Assembly: GCA_964404555.1 (NCBI GenBank)
Contig: CAYOKO010000002.1
Span: 1 to 36,726 of the forward strand
Reading direction: 5' to 3'
DNA length: 36,726 bases
DNA from: an uncultured Bacteroidaceae bacterium
GTDB lineage: Bacteria; Bacteroidota; Bacteroidia; Bacteroidales; Bacteroidaceae
Shown here: piece after piece, positions 7,756 through 17,881 of the stretch
How positions within the stretch are numbered: the stretch's first letter is position 1
Layout of the letters: each line of letters starts with the position of its first letter
Translations under genes and position numbers: made by a program
The notes under the pieces: generated by a model
Told to the model about the DNA's origin: nothing
The model's database searches: none
What the model saw: the letters and a program-made list of their open reading frames with translations, nothing else

Positions 7756-9096
7756 TTGGATCTAGAAGGTATATCGAGTAGCTTAACGCACTTTTTGGGG
7801 GGCGTAACGGTGCAACCACCAACGCTAGACGTGTTGTTTGTCTTGTTGGCTGTGGTGTTTATGCTCTTTATTTCCGGCTTTGTGTCGGCATCGGAGATAG
7901 CTTTTTTCTCTCTTTCGCCTAAGGATAAGAGTAGGATAGAGGAGGAGGAACAGACGTCCGACTCGCTTATTAAGAAACTGTTGGATGATTCGGAACGTCT
8001 ATTGGCTACCATCCTTATTTCCAATAATTTTGTCAACATAGCTATTATCGTAAGTCTCAACTTTGCTTTCTCGCGTATGGTGGACTTTGGCGGTAATCGG
8101 TTGGTGGAATTCTTGGTGGTTACGGTGTTGCTCACTTTCTTGCTGTTGCTTTTCGGTGAGATTATTCCTAAGATTTATTCGGCGCAGAATAGCTTGAGAT
8201 TCTGTAGACTTGCTGCCTCGGGCATCTACTTCTTTGAACGTCTCTTTTGGCCTATTGCCTCATTGCTGGTACGTTCCAAGAGTCTGGCGTCTCGTGTGGT
8301 GCAGGAGGAGAATTTTCAGCTTTCCGTGGATGAGTTGGAACATGCCTTGGAGCTTACGGATAAGAATGAGATTAAGGACGAACAACCTATTTTGGAGGGT
8401 ATTATTCGCTTTGGCGGTGAGACGGTTCGCAAGGTGATGACGCCAAGACTGGATGTGGTGGACTTGGATATTCGTTCCAATTTTCACGATGTTATTCAGT
8501 GTATCATAGAAAACAATTATTCCCGCATACCCGTCTACTCTGAGAGTAAGGACAATATTAAGGGTGTGCTCTATATCAAGGACTTGCTTCCTCATCTTGG
8601 CAAACCGGCTACCTTCCGTTGGCAGTCGCTCATTCGTCCGCCCTACTTTGTTCCGGAGACTAAGATGGTAGACGACCTTTTGCGCGATTTCCAGACTAAC
8701 AAGGTACACATAGCCATCGTGGTGGATGAGTTTGGAGGAACCTCGGGCATCATTACTATGGAGGATATTCTGGAGGAAATTGTAGGTGAGATAAACGATG
8801 AGTACGACGAGGATGAGCGTCTCTACACCAAACTCAATGCTACTACCTACATCTTCGAAGGAAAGATTCTGCTGACCGACTTCTGTAAGATACTAAAACT
8901 CAACGAGGATGTCTTCGAAGCCGTTGAGGGTGAGGCCGATACGCTTGCCGGTATGCTACTGGAGATAAAGGGTGAATTCCCTAAGCTAGGCGAGGCTATA
9001 GACTACAAGAACTATCACTTCGAGGTAACGGAGATGGACAAGCGTCGCATAGTGAAAGTGAAATTGGTTATTCGCAAAAACGATGCCACTGCATAA
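7756..9096 (+). CDS. gldE: CNNM/CorC-family membrane protein with CBS pair (GldE-type)
   Basis: Has an N-terminal 4-TM DUF21/CNNM domain, a CBS pair and a C-terminal CorC_HlyC domain. The TTG start at 7756 is needed to keep the first TM helix. It follows mutY-ssb, as gldE does in Flavobacterium (recalled from memory). Confidence 0.8.
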   Translation: MDLEGISSSLTHFLGGVTVQPPTLDVLFVLLAVVFMLFISGFVSASEIAFFSLSPKDKSRIEEEEQTSDSLIKKLLDDSERLLATILISNNFVNIAIIVSLNFAFSRMVDFGGNRLVEFLVVTVLLTFLLLLFGEIIPKIYSAQNSLRFCRLAASGIYFFERLFWPIASLLVRSKSLASRVVQEENFQLSVDELEHALELTDKNEIKDEQPILEGIIRFGGETVRKVMTPRLDVVDLDIRSNFHDVIQCIIENNYSRIPVYSESKDNIKGVLYIKDLLPHLGKPATFRWQSLIRPPYFVPETKMVDDLLRDFQTNKVHIAIVVDEFGGTSGIITMEDILEEIVGEINDEYDEDERLYTKLNATTYIFEGKILLTDFCKILKLNEDVFEAVEGEADTLAGMLLEIKGEFPKLGEAIDYKNYHFEVTEMDKRRIVKVKLVIRKNDATA

Positions 9097-9727
9097 GGTT
9101 CTTCACACTCCTGCAGGTGCTACCATCGGTGTGTGGCATCTCACGGAAAGCGAGCAGGATTTGCTGGCGTTGTATCCCGATGCAGATATGCTTTTACGTC
9201 AAGTAAACGAGCGCTTTACAGCTCCCGTTCGCAGGTTGGAGTTTATAGCTGTGCGTGTACTTTTCTACACACTCCTGCAGCGAGTACTTCCTATAGCCTA
9301 CAGGTCTACCGGAGCTCCTTATGCGGTGGACGATTCTATGAATATAAGCATCTCCCACACCGTTCGCAGGACGGCACGTTACGTAAGTGTTATCTATCAT
9401 CCTGGTCATGCGGTGGGGGTGGATATAGAGGCGGTTGCGCCCAATGTTGAGCGTATTCGTTCGCATTTTATGCATCCTTCGGAGCAGGTAGAAGGTCTCA
9501 TTCCGCTGCTTCTTTGCTGGAGTGGCAAGGAGGCGGTGTACAAGTTGATGGATACCCCTAAGGCTGTAGATTTCGTTAAGAGTCTACATACGCAACCGTT
9601 TGTTTGTACGCAGGAATGTAGGGAGGGGAGGTTTGTTATACAGGAACAAGTTACGGCAGAAGAAAAGGAATATCAGGTAGAATATCAGGTAGAAAATGAG
9701 TTTGTTCTAACGTGGGTGGAGGAGTGA
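9083..9727 (+). CDS. 4'-phosphopantetheinyl transferase (Sfp-type)
   Basis: Motifs GVDIE and WSGKEAVYKL, with a length typical of the PPTase superfamily. It overlaps the gldE-like stop by 14 nt. Confidence 0.8.
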   Translation: MPLHKVLHTPAGATIGVWHLTESEQDLLALYPDADMLLRQVNERFTAPVRRLEFIAVRVLFYTLLQRVLPIAYRSTGAPYAVDDSMNISISHTVRRTARYVSVIYHPGHAVGVDIEAVAPNVERIRSHFMHPSEQVEGLIPLLLCWSGKEAVYKLMDTPKAVDFVKSLHTQPFVCTQECREGRFVIQEQVTAEEKEYQVEYQVENEFVLTWVEE

Positions 9728-9830
9728 TTCTGCTCTCTTAAACTGAAAAACGTACACTTGTCTCACTCCTTTTTTATTGTAAAAAGGTGAATAATCCCGG
9801 AACTATAGCGTAAATGTCGGAAAAAAAGCG

Positions 9831-9838
9831 TAATTTTG
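9831..9838 (+). promoter_or_regulatory. -7 promoter box (TAATTTTG)
   Basis: TAnnTTTG match 32 nt upstream of the PBP1A ATG. Confidence 0.4.
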
Positions 9839-9869
9839 CCCTTCGAATATATATATATCAAAAGACAGT

Positions 9870-12200
9870 ATGAGGAAGAAATTCGTGATATTTCTTTGGA
9901 GTGCATTCATTGCGTGCATTCTGGTAATAACAATTTGTGTGTACGGACTCGCCAATAGCTGGTTCGGAACCATCCCCGATATGAACCAATTGCAGAACCC
10001 GCTCGATAAGTTCGCATCGCAGGTGTTCAGTGAGGATGGCGAGATGATTGGAACCTGGTCCTATAGCAAGGAAAACCGTGTACACATAAAGTACGATGCC
10101 ATCTCCCCCTACGTAGTAGATGCTCTCGTTGCTACCGAGGACGAACGCTTCTACGAACATTCCGGAATCGATATGAAAGCCCTTATGCGTGCTATTGTTA
10201 AGCGAGGTATTATGGGTAAGAAGAGTGCAGGTGGCGGTAGCACCATCACACAGCAGCTTGCAAAGCAACTTTATAGCGAACATGCTACCTCGTCTGTGGA
10301 ACGAGCTCTCCAGAAGCCTACCGAATGGGTTATTGCCGTGAAGTTGGAGCGTTACTACACCAAAGAAGAGATAATTACCATGTATCTCAATAAGTTCGAC
10401 TTCTTGCACAATGCGGTAGGTATAAAGAATGCGGCACTCGTGTACTTCGGAAAGGAACCTGCCGACCTCACTCTCGTGGAGGCGGCTACTCTCGTGGGAA
10501 TGTGTAAAAATCCGTCCTACTTTAATCCCGTGCGAAATCCCGAACGCTGTATGGAACGTCGTAATGTGGTACTCGCACAGATGTATAAAAACGGTAAGCT
10601 CACCGCTGCCGAGTTGGATGCAGCGCAGACCGAACCTCTAACACTCAACTTTCATAAAACCGACCACAAAGAGGGCGTTGCTCCCTATATGCGTGAATAT
10701 CTGCGCACCATCATGATGGCTGAGCGCCCTGTCAGAACCGACTATATGTCCTGGCAAATGCAAAAATACTACGAGGACTCCCTCGCTTGGGAGACCGACC
10801 CTCTCTATGGATGGTGTAATAAAAATCGTAAATCCAACGGTGAATGCTATAATATATACACCGATGGACTGCGTATCTACACTACCATCAACTCCGATAT
10901 GCAACGTTATGCCGAAGCTGCTGTAGCCGAGCACGTTGCAGGGTATCTGCAACCTGCCTTCAATCGTGAAAAACGAGGCAAGCGTAATCGTCCCTATTCC
11001 TCTGCATTGAGTGATTCGCAGATACGCAACATCTTGGAGAAAAGTATGAAGCAGTCCGATCGCTATCGTGCTCTCAAGGAAAGCGGATGCGATGACGATG
11101 CCATAAAGCAGAACTTCAACACTCCCGTAGACATGACCGTCTTTACTTACCGTGGCGAGGTAGACACCATAATGACCCCTATGGATTCCATACGCTACTA
11201 CAAACAGTTTTTGCGTGCCGGTTTCCTCGCTATGGATCCTGTAAGCGGAGAGGTAAAAGCCTATGTCGGTGGACCTAATTACGCACACTTTCAGTACGAT
11301 ATGGCTATGGTGGGTAAGCGTCAGGTGGGATCCACTATCAAACCTTTCCTTTACTCCCTCGCTATGCAAAATGGTATGACTCCTTGCGACGTGGTTCCCA
11401 ACGTGCAGACTACCTACCAAGTAGGCAACAGCACCTGGACGCCTCGCAATGGAAGTAGGGCACGTTACGGTGAAATGGTATCTTTGCGCTGGGGATTGGC
11501 ACAATCCAATAACTGGGTATCTGCCTACCTCATCAATATGTTGAACCCTTATGCTTTTGTACGTCTGCTTCGTCAGTACGGTATAAAGGATCAAAGTATA
11601 CACCCGTCTTTGTCACTCTGCTTGGGTTCCTGCGACATCTCTGTAGGCGAGATGGTGAGTGCCTACACAGCCTTTGTTAATAAGGGCTTTCGTACGTCAC
11701 CTCTCCTTGTTACCCGTATAGAAGATAGCGAAGGCAATGTGGTGGCACGCTTCACCGCTCCACAGAGCGAAGTGCTCACTGCCGAAAGCTCCTACTGTAT
11801 GCTCGACCTTCTACAAGGTGTTATAAATCATGGTACGGGTGCACGCATACGTAACCGCTACAAGATAACTGCACAGATGGGCGGAAAAACCGGAACTACC
11901 AACCGCAATTCCGATGGATGGTTCATGGGTGTCCTCCCTAAGCTTGTTGTGGGATGCTGGGTAGGTGGTGAGGATCGCGACATCCACTTCGATACCATGA
12001 CCTACGGACAAGGAGCCTCCATGGCACTTCCCGTATTTGCACTCTTTATTAAGAAAGTATATGCCAACGCTAAGTTAGGCATCTCCCCCGATGATACCTT
12101 CGATATTCCCTCCGGATTCAATCCCTGTGGTCCCTACGACAGCAGCGATGATTCCTCCGATGACGGCGAGGTGGAAGAAATTGTAGAATCGGTAGAATAA
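9870..12200 (+). CDS. mrcA: penicillin-binding protein 1A (bifunctional glycosyltransferase/transpeptidase)
   Basis: N-terminal TM anchor. GT51 motifs EDERFYEHSGID and GGSTITQQLAK. Transpeptidase motifs STIKP (SxxK), SNN (SxN) and KTGTT (KTG). Confidence 0.9.
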   Translation: MRKKFVIFLWSAFIACILVITICVYGLANSWFGTIPDMNQLQNPLDKFASQVFSEDGEMIGTWSYSKENRVHIKYDAISPYVVDALVATEDERFYEHSGIDMKALMRAIVKRGIMGKKSAGGGSTITQQLAKQLYSEHATSSVERALQKPTEWVIAVKLERYYTKEEIITMYLNKFDFLHNAVGIKNAALVYFGKEPADLTLVEAATLVGMCKNPSYFNPVRNPERCMERRNVVLAQMYKNGKLTAAELDAAQTEPLTLNFHKTDHKEGVAPYMREYLRTIMMAERPVRTDYMSWQMQKYYEDSLAWETDPLYGWCNKNRKSNGECYNIYTDGLRIYTTINSDMQRYAEAAVAEHVAGYLQPAFNREKRGKRNRPYSSALSDSQIRNILEKSMKQSDRYRALKESGCDDDAIKQNFNTPVDMTVFTYRGEVDTIMTPMDSIRYYKQFLRAGFLAMDPVSGEVKAYVGGPNYAHFQYDMAMVGKRQVGSTIKPFLYSLAMQNGMTPCDVVPNVQTTYQVGNSTWTPRNGSRARYGEMVSLRWGLAQSNNWVSAYLINMLNPYAFVRLLRQYGIKDQSIHPSLSLCLGSCDISVGEMVSAYTAFVNKGFRTSPLLVTRIEDSEGNVVARFTAPQSEVLTAESSYCMLDLLQGVINHGTGARIRNRYKITAQMGGKTGTTNRNSDGWFMGVLPKLVVGCWVGGEDRDIHFDTMTYGQGASMALPVFALFIKKVYANAKLGISPDDTFDIPSGFNPCGPYDSSDDSSDDGEVEEIVESVE

Positions 12201-12224
12201 ACAAACAAAAAAAGAACAGTAAGA

Positions 12225-12998
12225 ATGAAATTTTTAGGAATTATACCTGCACGTTATGCATCTACCCGTTTCCCGGGGAAACCATTGGCTATGCTAGGAG
12301 GTAAAACGGTGATACAGCGTGTTTACGAACAAGTAAAAGGCGTCTTCGACCGTGCCGTGGTGGCAACCGATGACGAACGTATAGAGGCTGCCGTAAAGGC
12401 TTTTGGTGGTGATGTGGTAATGACCCGTGCCGACCACAAAAGCGGTACCGACCGATGCTTCGAAGCTGCTATAAAAGTAGGAGGTGATTACGATGTTGTA
12501 GTCAACATCCAGGGTGATGAACCTTTTATTCAACACAGTCAGCTAGATGCCGTGAAGCATTGCTTCGACGACCCCGATACGCAGATAGCCACCCTCGTAA
12601 AGCCCTTCCGTCCCGAGGATGGATTTGCTGCCTTGGAGAACGTCAATTCTCCCAAGGTTGTGGTCAATGCTCGCAAGCAAGCCATCTACTTCTCTCGCAG
12701 TATCATCCCCTATATGCGCAATCGTGACAAACAAGAATGGCTCGCCCACCACACTTACTATAAGCACATAGGACTTTACGCCTACAAAACCGATGTTCTT
12801 CGCGACATTACCCGTCTGCCACAGTCCTCTCTGGAGATAGCCGAATCACTCGAACAGCTGCGTTGGATAGAGAACGGATACGTTATAAAGGTGGCCGAGA
12901 GTCAGGTGGAGACAATAGGTATAGATACTCCCGAGGACTTGCAGAAAGCCGAGCTTTTCTTGCAAAATTGTTCTAAAAACGGTGGAAATGAGGTCTAA
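12225..12998 (+). CDS. kdsB: 3-deoxy-manno-octulosonate cytidylyltransferase (CMP-KDO synthetase)
   Basis: Has IIPARYASTRFPGKPL and NIQGDEPF, with a length typical of KdsB. Confidence 0.92.
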   Translation: MKFLGIIPARYASTRFPGKPLAMLGGKTVIQRVYEQVKGVFDRAVVATDDERIEAAVKAFGGDVVMTRADHKSGTDRCFEAAIKVGGDYDVVVNIQGDEPFIQHSQLDAVKHCFDDPDTQIATLVKPFRPEDGFAALENVNSPKVVVNARKQAIYFSRSIIPYMRNRDKQEWLAHHTYYKHIGLYAYKTDVLRDITRLPQSSLEIAESLEQLRWIENGYVIKVAESQVETIGIDTPEDLQKAELFLQNCSKNGGNEV

Positions 12999-13045
12999 AT
13001 GTAATAAAGTTCTCTAATCTATTTGTGGGAATCCCAAATTTGGAG

Positions 13046-13053
13046 TAACTTTG
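13046..13053 (+). promoter_or_regulatory. -7 promoter box (TAACTTTG)
   Basis: TAnnTTTG match 33 nt upstream of the ATG at 13086. Confidence 0.35.
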
Positions 13054-13085
13054 GACGTTATAATTATATATAGAAGAAAACTGCT

Positions 13086-14192
13086 ATGAATAAAATATGG
13101 AAAGGTGTGATTGTTTTCTCACTCTTCGCCACATCGATATATGCACAGGAAACCATGACGCTTAATCTCAAGGATGGAAGCGTGTACACCGGTGTTGTGG
13201 TGAGTGGAAAACCACACGGAAAAGGAAAAACTGTCTTTAAGAACGGTGACACCTACGAGGGCGAATACGTAAAAGGTAAGCGTCAGGGACATGGTGTATA
13301 TCGTTTTACCGACGGCGAAAACTACGATGGAGAATGGTTTGCCGACCAGCAACATGGCTTCGGAACCTTCATCTTTAAGAACGGTAACAAATATGTAGGT
13401 CTTTGGTACAAGGACTTCCAGCAAGGTAACGGCGTAATGTACTACTACAATGGCGACAAGTACGAAGGACAGTGGTACGAGGACAAGCGTAGCGGTCAGG
13501 GTATGTACACTTACAGCAATGGTGCCTACTACAAAGGCGAGTGGAAGAATAATCAAAAGAACGGACGGGGTGTCTTCGACTGGCATGATGGTAGCCGCTA
13601 CGACGGTTACTGGCTGAACAATGAGCGCAGCGGAAAAGGTAACTATTACTACTCCGATGGTGATACCTATAAGGGTGATTGGCTCAATGATGTACAGCAT
13701 GGAAAGGGTATCTACGCTTTCCACAATGGTGATAAGTATGAAGGCGACTATGTCAACGGTGAGCGCACCGGACAGGGCATCTTCACCTTTGCCAACGGTG
13801 ATAAGTACGTAGGTCACTTCCAGGAAGGCGAGCGCGACGGAAAGGGGGTATTCTCCTTTGCTAACGGTGCCGTGTACGATGGTTACTGGAAAAAGAACGA
13901 ACGTAATGGTAGTGGTATCTACACTTGGCATACCGGCGACACCTACGAAGGCGGCTGGCGCAATGGAAAGATGGAGGGCGAAGGCATTCTCCGTATGGCC
14001 GATGGTAGTAAATTCAAAGGTGTTTTTCGTGACGGTATGAAGAACGGAAAGGGCATCATGATAGAGAAGGATGGTAAGCGCTTCGAGGGCTATTACCAGA
14101 ACGATGTCAAGAACGGTCCATACGTCCTCAAAGATAAGAACGGTGCCGTTCTCGAAAAGGGAACCTATAAAAATGGATCAGTAGAGAAATAA
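13086..14192 (+). CDS. secreted MORN-repeat protein
   Basis: Signal peptide MNKIWKGVIVFSLFATSIYA|QE followed by about 14 consecutive 23-aa MORN units (Y-x-G-x-W-x3-x-x-x-G-x-G). Confidence 0.85.
   Translation: MNKIWKGVIVFSLFATSIYAQETMTLNLKDGSVYTGVVVSGKPHGKGKTVFKNGDTYEGEYVKGKRQGHGVYRFTDGENYDGEWFADQQHGFGTFIFKNGNKYVGLWYKDFQQGNGVMYYYNGDKYEGQWYEDKRSGQGMYTYSNGAYYKGEWKNNQKNGRGVFDWHDGSRYDGYWLNNERSGKGNYYYSDGDTYKGDWLNDVQHGKGIYAFHNGDKYEGDYVNGERTGQGIFTFANGDKYVGHFQEGERDGKGVFSFANGAVYDGYWKKNERNGSGIYTWHTGDTYEGGWRNGKMEGEGILRMADGSKFKGVFRDGMKNGKGIMIEKDGKRFEGYYQNDVKNGPYVLKDKNGAVLEKGTYKNGSVEK
13185..14153 (+). repeat. about 14 tandem 69-nt (23-aa) MORN repeat units within the CDS
   Basis: Units counted in the translation: YTGVVVSGKPHGKG, YEGEYVKGKRQGHG, YDGEWFADQQHGFG ... 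FEGYYQNDVKNGPY. The boundaries are approximate. Confidence 0.75.
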
Positions 14193-14205
14193 GCAAGAGA
14201 AAAGT

Positions 14206-14643
14206 ATGATAATTGACACACTTGAAAACCTGGAGAAGTACGTCGCTGTGAACGTACTTTTCCCCCAAGTGGTTGCGTTCCTCAAGGAGCACAACCCCGA
14301 GACTCTCGAACCCGGTAAGTACATCTTGCAGGAGGGTGAGCTGTTTGTCAACGTAACAGACGCCACTCCCAAGACACGTGAGCAAGCTCGCTTGGAGAGT
14401 CACAACCTCATGATTGATATCCAGATACCTCTGGGCGATGAGATGTATGGTTACACTCCACGCACTGCACTCCCCGAGGAGACCTACAATGCCGAGAAGG
14501 ATATAACCTTCTATCCCGGTGCGGCAGAGAGCTACGTTGCCCTCAAGAAGGGTATGTTTGCCATCTTCTTTCCGCAAGATCTCCATGCTCCTTGTATCGC
14601 CGAGAAACCTGTACGTAAGTTGATATTTAAAGTTAAAGCATAA
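14206..14643 (+). CDS. YhcH/YjgK/YiaL (DUF386) family cupin-like protein
   Basis: 145 aa starting MIIDTLENLEKY..., with ...H...MIDIQIPL... and FAIFFPQDLHAP, which resembles the EbgC/YhcH family. Confidence 0.75.
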   Translation: MIIDTLENLEKYVAVNVLFPQVVAFLKEHNPETLEPGKYILQEGELFVNVTDATPKTREQARLESHNLMIDIQIPLGDEMYGYTPRTALPEETYNAEKDITFYPGAAESYVALKKGMFAIFFPQDLHAPCIAEKPVRKLIFKVKA

Positions 14644-14674
14644 GCAAAAAGAAATTTGCTAACCTTAAAGTAAT

Positions 14675-16720
14675 ATGGCAACAAAGAAGAAAGTTGAACA
14701 GAAGAAAACACGTCTGGCTCTTGTAAAGAACGACGTGTGGTTGGAACCTTTTGAAGAGGCTATCAACGGGCGTCATCAGCATGCGCTGGACAAGATAAAC
14801 GAACTTACCAACGGTGGTAAGGTGACGCTGAGTGATTTCGCATCCGGATATCTCTATTTCGGACTGCACAGAACAGCTACCGGATGGGTGTTCCGTGAGT
14901 GGGCACCCAATGCTACGGAGATATATCTCATAGGCGAATTCAGTGACTGGAAGGAACTACCACAGTACAAACTGAAGCCTATTAAGAACACCGGCAACTG
15001 GGAAATCAAACTGCGCAAGAACGCACTTCACCACGGTGAACTCTACAAAATGAAGGTTCATTGGGAAGGCGGAGAAGGTGAGCGCATTCCCGCATGGTGT
15101 CGACGTGTGGTGCAGGACGAGAATACCAAGATCTTCAGCGCACAGGTGTGGGATCCCGAGAAACCTTATGAGTTCAAGAAGAAAACCTTCAAACCCACTA
15201 CCGATCCACTCCTTATATATGAGTGTCACGTGGGTATGGGACAGGATGCCGAGAAGGTAGGTTCCTATCGTGAATTTCGCGAGAATGTACTTCCTCGTGT
15301 GGCTGCCGACGGATACAACTGTATCCAGATTATGGCCATTCAGGAGCATCCCTATTATGGAAGCTTCGGCTACCACGTATCCAGTTTCTTTGCCGCTTCC
15401 AGTCGCTTCGGCACTCCCGAGGAGTTGAAGGAGCTCATCGATGCTGCTCATGGTATGGGTATAGCTGTGATTATGGATATTGTTCACTCACACGCCGTTA
15501 AGAACGAAGTAGAGGGACTGGGTAATCTGGCTGGAGACCCCAATCAATATTTCTATCCCGGCGACCGTCACGAGCATCCGGCATGGGACAGCCTCTGCTT
15601 CGACTACGGTAAAAATAATGTCCTCCACTTCTTGCTCTCCAACTGTAAGTTCTGGTTGGACGAGTATCACTTCGACGGATTCCGTTTCGATGGTGTCACC
15701 TCCATGCTCTACTACAGTCACGGACTGGGACAAGCCTTCGGCGGATATGGCGACTATTTTAACGGTGGTGAAGATGACAACGCCATTTGCTATCTTACCC
15801 TTGCCAACATACTGATACACGAGGTGAAGCCATCTGCTATCACCATAGCCGAGGAGGTATCCGGAATGCCCGGACTTGCTACATCGTTCAAGAATGGCGG
15901 ATACGGATTTGACTACCGTATGGCTATGAACATCCCCGATTACTGGATAAAGTTAATCAAGGAGCAAACCGACGAAAACTGGAAACCATCATCCGTGTTC
16001 TGGGAGGTGACCAACCGTCGTGTCGATGAGAAAACCATCTCCTATTGTGAGAGCCACGACCAAGCCCTTGTAGGCGATAAGACCATCATCTTCCGCTTGA
16101 TAGATGCCGATATGTATTGGCACTTCAAGAAAGGCGATGAAAACGAAATGGTACATCGTGGCATAGCCTATCACAAGATGATACGCTTGCTCACCGCTTC
16201 TACTATCAACGGCGGATACCTTAATTTCATGGGTAACGAGTTCGGTCATCCCGAATGGATAGACTTTCCGCGAGAAGGCAATGGATGGAGTTACAAGTAC
16301 GCCCGTCGTCAGTGGAACCTTGTAGACAATAAGGATCTATGTTTCCACTATCTAGGTGATTTCGATAAAGCCATGCTTCAGGTACTCAAGAGCGTCAAGA
16401 AGATACAGAAGACCCCTGTACAGGAAATATGGCACAACGATGGCGACCAGATATTGGCATATAAGCGTGACGACCTTGTGTTCGTATTCAACTTCAGCCC
16501 TAATCGTTCCTACACCGATTACGGTTTTATGGTACCGGAAGGTGCCTACGACATCGTTCTCAACACCGATGCTTCCGCTTTTGGCGGTAATAACTTGAAT
16601 GATGACAGCATACGTCATTTCACCAATTTCGATCCACTCTTGAAGAAAGACGGCAAGGGATGGTTGCAGCTCTATCTGCCCGCCCGCAGTGCCGTAGTTT
16701 TGAAAAAAGTAAAAGAATAA
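14675..16720 (+). CDS. glgB: 1,4-alpha-glucan branching enzyme (GH13)
   Basis: GH13 catalytic motifs DIVHSH, DGFRFDGVTSM, AEEVSGMP and ESHDQALVGDK. Confidence 0.9.
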   Translation: MATKKKVEQKKTRLALVKNDVWLEPFEEAINGRHQHALDKINELTNGGKVTLSDFASGYLYFGLHRTATGWVFREWAPNATEIYLIGEFSDWKELPQYKLKPIKNTGNWEIKLRKNALHHGELYKMKVHWEGGEGERIPAWCRRVVQDENTKIFSAQVWDPEKPYEFKKKTFKPTTDPLLIYECHVGMGQDAEKVGSYREFRENVLPRVAADGYNCIQIMAIQEHPYYGSFGYHVSSFFAASSRFGTPEELKELIDAAHGMGIAVIMDIVHSHAVKNEVEGLGNLAGDPNQYFYPGDRHEHPAWDSLCFDYGKNNVLHFLLSNCKFWLDEYHFDGFRFDGVTSMLYYSHGLGQAFGGYGDYFNGGEDDNAICYLTLANILIHEVKPSAITIAEEVSGMPGLATSFKNGGYGFDYRMAMNIPDYWIKLIKEQTDENWKPSSVFWEVTNRRVDEKTISYCESHDQALVGDKTIIFRLIDADMYWHFKKGDENEMVHRGIAYHKMIRLLTASTINGGYLNFMGNEFGHPEWIDFPREGNGWSYKYARRQWNLVDNKDLCFHYLGDFDKAMLQVLKSVKKIQKTPVQEIWHNDGDQILAYKRDDLVFVFNFSPNRSYTDYGFMVPEGAYDIVLNTDASAFGGNNLNDDSIRHFTNFDPLLKKDGKGWLQLYLPARSAVVLKKVKE

Positions 16721-17877
16721 TGAGTAAATCAATGTCACACAGAAAGATGGCCGCAAATATAAATCGCATACTTTGCGGTTCTCTTTTTGTGGCATTTTGT
16801 TTTTGCTATCTGTATAAGTTCCAGTGCGATATATTGACAACGGCACAGTATGTCCTGTCGCACGGAAAAACCTCTTACTCCCCCCTTTGGGGAGCCATTA
16901 TCCTAACCGTAGTTTTTGCGGTAGTTCAGGTAGTGATACAACGCCTCCTACATTTTCGGAGCAGCTTCTATGCGCTTTCCTATTTTCCCTCACTGCTCTT
17001 GTTGCTCATGGTAAGCCACTTCAATCAGGGCATCTTCGAGGGATTTGTATTCAGTCGCCATGCTCTGGGCATGATGTTGTCGTCGTTGCCTGTTGCACTC
17101 TTCTTTGGATGGGGTATACGAATGTTACACCGTCACAGACCGCTTAACCTTTACGGTATGTTAGGGTCTAATCTCACAATTATGTTGGTGTTTCTTGCCT
17201 TCTTCATGTCGCAAGCCAACACCGATGAACTTTTTCATTACAACTCCCGTGTGGAGCGACTGCTCCTCAATGGACGCTGTAACGAAGCACTCATGATAGG
17301 TCGTCACTCCTCTGTCACCGGACGCGAGCTTACGGCTATGCGAGCCTTTGCTCTGAATCGTACTCATCGAATGGGTGACGAACTCTTTGACTATCCCCAG
17401 TGCTATGGCAGCCGAGCTCTTCTGCCACAATGGAGCGATACCGCCGTTATGTTCTTCGACATCAAGTCCATCTACGTAAGTCTCGGAGCCTTGCCGTCGG
17501 GTAGGGGATTTCGGGTAAAAGGATTCGTTGATCAAATCCTTGCCCTCGATACCCTGAATACCAACCGTCGTGCTGCTGACTATGCCCTCTGTGCCTCCCT
17601 CTTGGATCGCAGATTGGATACCTTCGCCGAGATACTTCCCCGTTACTACATCATAAACGACTCCCTTCCTCGTCACTACAAAGAGGCATTGGTACTCTAT
17701 AACCAACTGGCAGAAGCCCCCATAGTAGAATACGAGGATGAAACACTGCAAGAGAAACTTGTAAGTATGCACATAATGGAGGACACTCTCCATACCGTCC
17801 GCCGTCGTTACAACCTCACTCGCGAGACCTATGGCGACACCTACTGGTGGTATTACTACTATCAAAAAGAGAATTAA
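16720..17877 (+). CDS. polytopic membrane protein of unknown function
   Basis: The ATG at 16720 shares its A with the glgB TAA (TAATG). About 5 predicted TM helices are followed by a roughly 200-aa soluble domain ending ...GDTYWWYYYYQKEN. No family can be assigned by eye. Confidence 0.6.
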   Translation: MSKSMSHRKMAANINRILCGSLFVAFCFCYLYKFQCDILTTAQYVLSHGKTSYSPLWGAIILTVVFAVVQVVIQRLLHFRSSFYALSYFPSLLLLLMVSHFNQGIFEGFVFSRHALGMMLSSLPVALFFGWGIRMLHRHRPLNLYGMLGSNLTIMLVFLAFFMSQANTDELFHYNSRVERLLLNGRCNEALMIGRHSSVTGRELTAMRAFALNRTHRMGDELFDYPQCYGSRALLPQWSDTAVMFFDIKSIYVSLGALPSGRGFRVKGFVDQILALDTLNTNRRAADYALCASLLDRRLDTFAEILPRYYIINDSLPRHYKEALVLYNQLAEAPIVEYEDETLQEKLVSMHIMEDTLHTVRRRYNLTRETYGDTYWWYYYYQKEN

Positions 17878-17881
17878 ACCT

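Noticed and set aside
9847-9858. (AT)6 dinucleotide run in the PBP1A leader, between the -7 box and the start codon
   Set aside because: It is short and typical of AT-rich Bacteroidales leaders. With a single sequence there is no evidence of length variation or phase-variable control.
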